DNA of 61,718 nt, counting the filler, from Squatina squatina (Eukaryota), in NCBI GenBank assembly GCA_031763465.1. It is 4 parts of 4 records of this genome, joined end to end, with 100 filler letters (N's around TTAATTAATTAA, not from the genome) between each part and the next. Parts side by side here need not be neighbours in the genome. Positions count along the whole stretch, not along the records: positions 44,849 to 61,718 come from JARFOE010000073.1; 3 more parts are not named here. One strand, given 5' to 3'. A program made the translations under genes and the position numbers. Below the pieces are notes generated by a model. It did not search any database. It was given only the letters and a program-made list of their open reading frames with translations, and had not been told where the DNA came from. Positions 52,899 through 61,718 of the stretch are shown here, one piece after another; position 1 is the stretch's first letter; each line of letters begins with the position of its first letter.

Positions 52899-53406
52899 CC
52901 GGGGAAACAGTGAGGCAGCAGATCGGAGACACAGCGAGGGGAGCAGAGACACAGCTGATCGAGAGGACCAGGCGGCGGCGTTCCAGGTGACGTCACGATT
53001 CAAAAAGTGACGCGGGGCAAGAGGAGGCAGCTGATTGGGTAAGTATGGTCTGGTGAGTATTTATACGATCGTTAGTTTGACAGTTAAGTTTAATAGTTGA
53101 TAAGGTTAGAAGGTCTTTAGTTTGTGGTTATAGTTTCTAAGGTCTCTATTGTATCGTAGGGAGTGCTAAGGGCCCTTAAGTAATTAATATCATTTAATCA
53201 TAGTGTAATCAGTGGATTTTGATTTGATTTAATTTACGTTCATTAAAGGGTAAGTCATGGCAGCACAGCTCGGCCCCGTGGTATGCTCCTCCTGCGCTAT
53301 GTGGGAAATCAGGGTCACTTCCAGTGACCCTGACGACCATGTGTGCAGGAAGTGTATCCAGCTGCAGCTCCTGGCTAATCGCATTATGGAGCACGATCTG
53401 CGAATG
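52899..53406 (+). mobile_element. CR1-clade LINE 5' UTR and ORF1 start (zinc finger/leucine zipper)
   Basis: ORF from 53257, MAAQLGPVVCSSCAMWE...HVCRKCIQLQLLANRI (CxxC..CxxC), preceded by a GC-rich leader with GTGACGTCAC. Confidence 0.7.
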
Positions 53407-54379
53407 NNNNNNNNNNNNNNNNNNNNNNNNNNNNNNNNNNNNNNNNNNNNNNNNNNNNNNNNNNNNNNNNNNNNNNNNNNNNNNNNNNNNNNNNNNNNNN
53501 NNNNNNCAAGTCTGCCATGTCCTTATGAGCCATTATAGCCAGACCTGCATCTGCCTTCGAATGGTGGTGTCCATTTGCAACAGTCACCTTATAATGACCC
53601 AGATTTTGCAGTCTGCAGCGAAGGAATGGTGCTTGCCGTTCACCACACTGGCAGCTGCCCAGAAAGTTTTTGCAGGCTTTAGAGCTGAGACTTGCTCTCA
53701 ATTGGCATCTGATCCAGCGCAGCACCCTCTATAGGGCATCTGTGGCATCTTTGAGCAGGTCAAGCAACAGCATGGCTCTTCAACCAATCAGACTGAAAAA
53801 TCATCACTGAGACATGCAGACTCTGAAGCAGGAATATGAATTAGAATTAAATCATATATAGAAAGCAGAATAAAGATACCGTAAAGCAGATGGGATTAAG
53901 AAAAAGAGATAAAAGAGACAGACAGAGTTTAAAAGATTTTTTAAAAAATCTCTAACACTAATTAATTTCTGGAGACTGAGACTCCATGCTTGTAAAATTA
54001 ATTTTTCAGGGCCAGAGAGTTTTTTCCACAGTAATTATCACTTACCGTGCTGGTAAAAATTCACTTATTCCTGAATGCACCAGCCCTAACTTTTTCTGTC
54101 ATCTTTAGTAGGGAAGTAGTGGGCAAGTACTCCAAGTTCACGCCATTACATTAATTTCAGTGCCAAGTCTATCGGCAAGAACTGTAACAGCTCATCCTGT
54201 GGACGAGCAGGATGTCTCTGACAGCAACTTTCGGATTTCCGTGTTTAACGGGACATATGCGGATGCCAGAATTTGCTTTCCGAGTAACTCCATTATAACA
54301 GTGAGCGCGGTTAACCTCACCGAGATTATCCATGCGAAATCCGGCCCGTCATGACCTACATATTAAGGAAAATTCTTTC

Positions 54380-54840
54380 ATCATAGAATTATACAGCACA
54401 GAAGGCACTTTGAAAGAGCTATCCAATTGGTTCTACTCCTCTGCTCTTGCCCCATAACCCTGTATTTTTTTTCCCTTCAATTATTTATTCAATTCCCTTT
54501 TGAAGGTTGCTATTGGATCTGCTTCCACCACCCTTTCAGGCAGTGCATTCCAGATCACAATAACACGCTGCATAATTTTTTTCCTCATGCCGGCTCGAGC
54601 ACTATCACCCCAAATCTATGTCCTTTGGTTACTGATCCTTCTACCGCTGGTAGCAGTTTCTCCTTATTTATTCTATCAAAACCATTCACGATTTTGAATA
54701 CCTCCATCAAATGTCCTCTAACCCTTCTCCGCTCTAAGGAGAACTACCCCAGTTTCTCCAATCTCTCCACATAACCGAAGTCCCTTATGTTTTCAAGTAT
54801 TTATCCAATCCCCTCTTGAAATTTACTATTGAATCTGCCT
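54380..54840 (-). mobile_element. CR1 3' fragment
   Basis: tcatagaatt tail; the reverse strand encodes EKLG*FSLERRRVRGHLMEVFKI. Confidence 0.65.
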
Positions 54841-57800
54841 CCATTTAAAAATAAATTTTGGAAGCCCAGTTTACATTTTAAAAACATCTGCACAGCCCAT
54901 TCAAAAATGATCCTGTCTGTTTCAACACTGGACACGTGGCAATCCTATCCCTGATTACCTGCCTCTTCTTCCGCTGTTTGTAACCAAGCCTAAAATGGTG
55001 CAGGAAGAGGTGGGTGCCAGATCTTCTGATAAAAGACTGTGTAAACAGACATACACCATGAGCAACAGACGACAGCAGACACAGGATAAAGATTAATTCT
55101 TTTTAAAAAACCAACAGAATGTGTATCTTCCTTAATCATGAAAGAATTCAAGGCATTTATAATTCATGGTCCTTTCTATTGTTGTGAAATGAATTTCTAT
55201 TTCAGGGTTAGAAACACAATGTACTGAAAGAATCAAGTAAAAAGGATTTGCTAGACATGTATGCGCAGGTAACACAAACACTGTCAGCTAGCATTGCGTC
55301 TGGAACAATCTGTGTACTTCCATTGAACCGCTGCCAGTGTTTGCTGGCGTCAGGACTGACAAGTAGCATGTTCTGCATCTCATTACCAGACATGCTTTGT
55401 TAATAAAGACTGTCAAAGATTACATTAACACAAGAACACTGAGCAAATTTGTGATAAGTGACAGTGAATGTTACAAAATATTAAGCCTATGTAACTAGAC
55501 TATGTCCATCACCAATTAAGATCTGGGGTTTCAACTCACTGCTTCGCCAGCTGTACTTTCGAGAGTTTTCCCATTATTGTGTATCGAGTATACCACTCCT
55601 GTAAATAACTTTGGTTCTAAGCGGGGTCATACGGCTTTCAGAGATCTAACTCTAGAAATGAGTATTTGTGATATTAGTGCATGGGTGCTTCATGTGTTCA
55701 TATGAGATTCTTCAGTCAGCTATTTTAATCTGTCATAAATTGATGAATACGTCTATTGAAATAGCTGACAATGGTGTGTCATGCCAATATGGTAAGTGTT
55801 CATATCACAGATTCATTTCTAGGCTCTAGGTCCTGATTCAAAGCAGACATCATTCTAAGCTGTGAAAATCGGACAGATGTGATCATAGTCTGACAATGTA
55901 ATTAGTTTTATACTTATCTTTACAAAGTAACACTTGTTGACAACCTCAGTGCCTGATCCCAATCCTGATCCATTACTTGATCATTGTTCATCTCATATCC
56001 CATAGACCCATCAGCTCGCTCAGCAATACTCAACACACCCAGTCATGTATTAAATGTTATTATTTTTGCTATTTATTCTCGAGATGTAGATGAGCTGGCC
56101 AGGCTGGGTCACCAGTTGTCCAGAGGTGGTGGTGGGCCTTTTTCATGAAGTTATTGCTTTGTTTGCACAACTGAGTAGCTTGCTAGACCACTTCAGAGAG
56201 CATTAAGAGCCAACTATAAAGTGTGGACTAGAGTCACATGTGGACTGTATTGGGTGGGGTGGCAAGTTCCCTTTCTTGAAGGCCATTAGTGAACCAGTTG
56301 ATTTTTATGATAATCTGACTGATTTTATGGTCAGATTATGATTCTTTTCTGGTGCTTGCCCACAAATGATCAGGTTTATTGATTTCAGTTTCACAATTTG
56401 ACATGGTAGATGTGAACTCATGCCTTCGGTAGTATAACACTACACTGCTCTATACATATTATTTAGGCTATACATCCTATATATGTAGATATATATATGA
56501 GAGGGAGATGTAATAATACATTGGTAAAGCTTTATTNNNNNNNNNNNNNNNNNNNNNNNNNNNNNNNNNNNNNNNNNNNNNNNNNNNNNNNNNNNNNNNN
56601 NNNNNNNNNNNNNNNNNNNNNNNNNNNNNNNNNNNNCAGCAGAATTTTGGATGCTTATTCCTGTTTATAAGGGATATATACTGATGTTGGGGGACTATGA
56701 TGCTACAAGAACGGTACGTGGGAAGTGGTATGCTATGGGAATGTGGTGAAACACCAACAAGATGTCTCCTAGAGTAACGGCAGAGCTTGATACCCCACCT
56801 CATGAGTTCCTGATCTCAGCGATCCCATTGTCGGGAGGTGCAAAGTGGATGACCAGCATTTTCTTAACAAGGAGGAAGAGGCAATAAAATAGTGGAGGCG
56901 TTGTCCCTGGAAACCATTGTCATGGTCACCATAATGTGCACTTGGTGAACAGCACCGGCAGAGACCTGGATGCAGGTGGCAAGTCTACCATCTTTTATCA
57001 AGGACTAGTACATGGCCATGATGGGGAAAGAATTACATTTTTATTAAATGTGCAGGAGAGACACACCTACAATCTGCTCAGTCTACTTGACTTGCACCTG
57101 CCACTGTTTGATCAGGGAACAGCATGATGCTGGGGTTTGAGCCCTCTGCCTTCATGACTAGAAGTAGCTGTGCAGATGCAGTCAGGCCAGCAATGAGGAG
57201 GAAATTGTGAAAAAGGGAAAAAGAAAACATTCATCTAATAAACTCTGTTTGACAAACAGTAACTATGGACATGTCTGTTTCTGTTGGATTACAGCTGCCT
57301 TTTTGATGGTGATTACTTCCGCCAGTGTGCGCACTCTGAATTGTTTTTAAGAGCACTGTGTAGGTGTGTCTGTACCGGCTTTTCAAGCTAGAGTGATGTG
57401 GGTTAACGACAAAGACAGACTGTCTCTTTAGGCAGTGCTGAAATAGAAGGTCATTTTTCGTCATGGTGACGAATACAGAAGCAGATGGTTGCCCTGGCGA
57501 TTGAGCATGACAGTGGAATTAGCCACAGTTATCAGAGAAAACAGGGATCTGGAGCAAAGCGGAAGCGTGTGAGAGGAGAGAGTTAGAGGGAGAAAACAAT
57601 GAAGAGCAGGATTCAGGCAGACTACAAAAAAAACATTTTCACAAAGAAAGAAAAAAGTGAACTACATAGAAGAGGACAACTGTGTGTGTGTCTGTGTGTG
57701 TGTCTTTTTTAATTACATTTTTCTTTTCAATTGCGAAATCAAGTTTAAAGGCCCATTGGATGACTCCTGGATTGAAAAGAGTACGAAAGACGAAGTAGAT

Positions 57801-58048
57801 AAGGAAGTAGTTATTTGGAAAATGTGTGTGTATAATTGTGAGAATATTACAGATTGATTAAAAAATGAGTAAGGCTACTAAGGATGGAGAAAAACCATTC
57901 AGAATTCATATTCTGTCATAATTATGAATTATCCATAAGTAGCTGAGCNNNNNNNNNNNNNNNNNNNNNNNNNNNNNNNNNNNNNNNNNNNNNNNNNNNN
58001 NNNNNNNNNNNNNNNNNNNNNNNNNNNNNNNNNNNNNNNNNNNNNNNN

Positions 58049-59395
58049 CTGCCTGACCGAATTCGTCAACTTGTTTGAAGACGAGACAACCCAAGTAGAC
58101 TGTGGGAAGCCCAACAATGTGAGGTACCTAGACTTCAAAAAATTCACACAAAAGACTGTTAGGTAAGCTCAAAGCTGTTGGGGTTCAAGGTAAACCTTGG
58201 GAATGGTCAAGAAATTGGCTGGAGTGGAAAATAATGCCATGTTAAAAGAATTGTCAGGGTGGCAGTGAAACACTTAGTGTGCACCTCAAGGCTCTGTATT
58301 GAGAGCGCTACTGTTTCTAATTTATACCAATAACTTGGATTCAGAAATTCAGTGAAAATTGGTCAAGTTTGCAGGTGATACCAAACTAGCAGGAGGCAGT
58401 GGAATTGAATAGGCAGATCAAAAATTTCAAAATTAGTTGGACAAAATATTTAAGTGGACAGAATAATGGCCGATGAAATTTAATAGAGAGAAGTGTAAAG
58501 TTCTACAGAGGATGGAAAAATGGGCAACACACGTATATCATGAATAACAATGAAATGGCTAAGGATATGTTTGAAAGAGATCTAAAGGACTCGATGCTTA
58601 ATATGCCAGCAACAGAACACTGTACCACACAGCCAAAACAACAACAACTTACATTTATATAGCGCCTTTAACGTAGCACAATGTCCCAAGGCACATAACA
58701 AGAGCAATGCCAATAAAAACATTTTTGACACCAAGCCACAGAAGGAGCTATCAGAACAGATGACTAAAAGCTTGGTCAAAGAGGTAGGTTTTAAGGAACA
58801 TCTTAAAGGAGGAAAGAGAGGTAGAGAGGCAGAGATAGGGAAATAGTAGGGCACAAGATAGGGAAAGTCATGATTAAATTGTATAGTACTCTAATCAGAC
58901 TATATCTTGAGTAATATGTTCAATTCTTGTCACTGAGGCAAAAGAGCAACATTTAAACCTGGAGACAGTGGTAAGAAGAACCATGAGGTCTATCACTGCT
59001 GAAGGTTGGAGTTATTGTGGAAGAGTGGAGAAGCTTTGGTTTTTCAGCCTTGAAAGAATCACCTGAAAGGTGATCTTTTAGTGGTATATAGGAGACAGTA
59101 AAACAAACTTAAATCTGAAAAATTACTTTAAACTAAATTGTGAGGGTAGGACAAGGGGACACAAGTTCAAACTAGTAAAAAGCAAATTCAGGACTGATGT
59201 CAGGAAGTTCTTATTCACACAAAGAATAGTCAGTGCATGGAATTGACTCCCAGATGGAGTGGTGGAGGCAAAAACCCTGGAATCATTTAGGAAAAAATTG
59301 AATGATATAGTGGGGGATCGTAGGGTCTTTCTGGATGGATGGACTAAGATGGGCCAAATTGCCTTTGTTATCTATAACGATCTTCTGATTTTGTG
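58049..59395 (+). mobile_element. CR1 RT to 3' end, decayed, with nested antisense L2-type 3' end at about 58635-58850
   Basis: Remnants of YLDFKK, KFAGDTKL and RTRGHKFKL. The nested piece starts aacaacaacaacttacatttatatagcgccttt. Confidence 0.7.
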
Positions 59396-59555
59396 ATCGT
59401 GCAGTTCATATTATCTAAACATCTACATCACATGATTGCCTTGTAACTGTCTTACAGCCATCTATGATTTTTTCACCCAAATGGGCATTTTGATTATGTT
59501 ATAAATTTTCCATTCTGATTTTTTTATCCTGTGTAGGGAGGGCTGACCTCCAAGA

Positions 59556-60437
59556 ATGAAAATGGGGAGTGCGTTTCAGAAGGTTGCCTCTGTCTTATCT
59601 TGCAGCTCTGATGATGAACTGAGCTGTATTTCGACCGACATGGACGAGGTAATGGCCGACAGGATGCTGGACGCCTGCCACAAGAAGATAAAGAGACTCC
59701 CAGTTCCGATCTGCTCCTTCACATATGTAGAGAAGCTGTACATCAGCAACAACAGGCTGAGGGAACTCCCTAATGAGTTTGAGCAGCTGGTCAACTTAAA
59801 GATCTTAGCACTGGACTTTAACAAATTTGAAGATGTGCCTAAAGTTGTATGCAATATGCAGAACCTAACCCGACTCTACCTTGGTAGCAATAGATTAATG
59901 ACAATTCCTCCAGAGTTTAGGAATCTAGAAAACCTCAGGTGTCTATGGATAGAAAGCAACTATTTCAGAAAATTTCCCAAACCGTTAATTAATATGCCNN
60001 NNNNNNNNNNNNNNNNNNNNNNNNNNNNNNNNNNNNNNNNNNNNNNNNNNNNNNNNNNNNNNNNNNNNNNNNNNNNNNNNNNNNNNNNNNNNNNNNNNNN
60101 NNNNNNNNNCTTCCCAAAGGTGTTATTGAAAATGGAATTTCTAGAAATTCTTGATGTGGACAAAAATAAAATCACCGAGTTTCCTAATATGGAACACCTT
60201 TCAAGGCTCAAACTGTTTTCCTATGATCATAATCCTGCCAAGCACCCACCAAATGTGGCAGATGGGGTGACATTGGTGGGCGAAGGGGCAGCGGAATTGC
60301 TGGCTGCCAAAGCTCAAGAAAATGAAGAGAATGAGGAAAATCAGGAGTCTCTGCATAGCATCCTCAAAAATGGCTCCACAGCACTGGAAACAGAGGGCAG
60401 CTTCTCAGCTTTAGAGTGTTCTCAAGAGGAGACATGA
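59556..60437 (+). CDS. LRRC10B: Leucine-rich repeat-containing protein 10B
   Basis: 293-aa ORF with tandem LxxLxLxxN repeats, LDFNKFE, and the LRRC10-family C-terminal motif FSYDHNP..PPNVADGVTLVGEGA. Frame is preserved across a 111-N gap. It lies downstream of PPP1R32 as in human. Confidence 0.88.
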   Translation: MKMGSAFQKVASVLSCSSDDELSCISTDMDEVMADRMLDACHKKIKRLPVPICSFTYVEKLYISNNRLRELPNEFEQLVNLKILALDFNKFEDVPKVVCNMQNLTRLYLGSNRLMTIPPEFRNLENLRCLWIESNYFRKFPKPLINMXXXXXXXXXXXXXXXXXXXXXXXXXXXXXXXXXXXXXXFPKVLLKMEFLEILDVDKNKITEFPNMEHLSRLKLFSYDHNPAKHPPNVADGVTLVGEGAAELLAAKAQENEENEENQESLHSILKNGSTALETEGSFSALECSQEET

Positions 60438-61339
60438 GGCCGGCTGCAGATACCAGCCATGGAATATCACATATCAGGCACCAAGTGACAGCTCTATTGA
60501 AGTCATTGTGAGATGGTGTTTAACCCACTCTGGACCAGTTGGGAAAGGAGCAGGCAGCTGGAGGTACAAATGGCCCAAGGGACCGGAACTGGGTGAAAAA
60601 CAGTAGAATACAAAAAACAAAATAGAAAAGTTGGTTATTTCTTTACATAACCCAATCCAAGTNNNNNNNNNNNNNNNNNNNNNNNNNNNNNNNNNNNNNN
60701 NNNNNNNNNNNNNNNNNNNNNNNNNNNNNNNNNNNNNNNNNNNNNNNNNNNNNNNNNNNNNNATTGCCGGCCTTGCCAGCGACGCCCACATCCCGAAAAT
60801 GAATATTAATTTTAAAAAGCTGTCTCACATGCAAATCTCTTGCCAATGCAGAAAAGTTGATAGTCTAAGAAAAATCACCATGAATGCATCCTAGATTCCA
60901 TCTCTCTAACATGCTGCACTGTCTTGGTACTCAAACAGTTAGAGATTGCACATTTTCATTCTTTTTTTTGTTTTGTTTCTCTTTTGATATTTCTTACATG
61001 AGAGCTGTTACTGTTGAACTCTCTGTGTGCTGTAGTTACCAACTTCAGTGCTAAGTACATTTGAATAATGCAAAACAGTGTTCTTTTAGTCCACTCCATT
61101 CCCCATCCACCAGACACATTCCCTCGGTTTTCTCATTCCCTTTTCATGGCTGAAGTCCAGTTCTGGAGCTGGCAAAATATTCTGAATTCAGTCCAATGGA
61201 TGCACTCAGTTTTCATTTATTTTACTATTTTACAGCTAAGTGGTGCCTGAAATCTTGGATCCAATTTGTCAAACATATTATGATAGTGAAAAGTTTATAA
61301 AATCAAAGGATGTAGATCACAAGATAAACATGTTCAACC

Positions 61340-61718
61340 CATCTTAGTTCATTCATCTAGATGGAGTCTGAAATCCTCCCACTGTGGCACTCAATAAAAT
61401 ATTTCAGGTTTCTGGCACTACTACGCTATCTAAAAGTCCATTCTAAGTGTTGATCACTCTGTGTAAAACGCAACTTCTTGATATCGATTTTAAATTTACC
61501 TTTCACCAGTTTGAACCAATATCCCCTTTCATATTAAATTTAGTTCTAAGGTATTTTCTGGACTTATCTTTTCCATACTGTTAACTGTCTAATATATCCT
61601 TAATAACCTTACCTCTTAAATGCCTTTTTTCAAGATGGAAATGCTCAAGTGTCTCACTTGTTCCTCATGTCTTTGACCTCCAATAGCAGGGACTACCTTA
61701 TGGCTCTTCTCTGCACTA
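61340..61718 (-). mobile_element. CR1 3' fragment, decayed
   Basis: Reverse strand resembles a CR1 ORF2 C-terminus (ttgatcactctgtgtaaa, ggctcttctctgcact). Confidence 0.45.

Overview
Eukaryotic (vertebrate) genomic DNA, most likely from a shark or other chondrichthyan; this is inferred from its CR1, Deu-SINE and RTE repeat content. It comes from a very fragmented assembly with about 45 N-gaps. Three artificial six-frame-stop spacers (N44-TTAATTAATTAA-N44) split it into four independent scaffolds. (1) 1-15042: SNX13 exons. (2) 15143-28647: FAM135B exons (-) head-to-head with a COL9A1-like collagen (+), one of whose introns has a GC donor. (3) 28748-44748: HIP1R (+) convergent with VPS37B (-), plus one ANTXR1-like exon. 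(4) 44849-61718: EPS8L2 (-), PPP1R32/SAXO4 (+) and LRRC10B (+). Most ORF-track entries are spurious or span N-gaps; the real exons were found by hand from splice sites and translation. The rest is intronic or intergenic DNA with CR1, L2, RTE, RTE-X-like and Tx1 LINE fragments, Deu-domain SINEs and several GC-rich TIR element families (Harbinger/MITE-like). I see no prokaryote-type system. The best lead is a probable COL9A1 ohnolog beside FAM135B, which has no counterpart at the human locus. Gene identities rest on my recall of human protein sequences; no database search was run.
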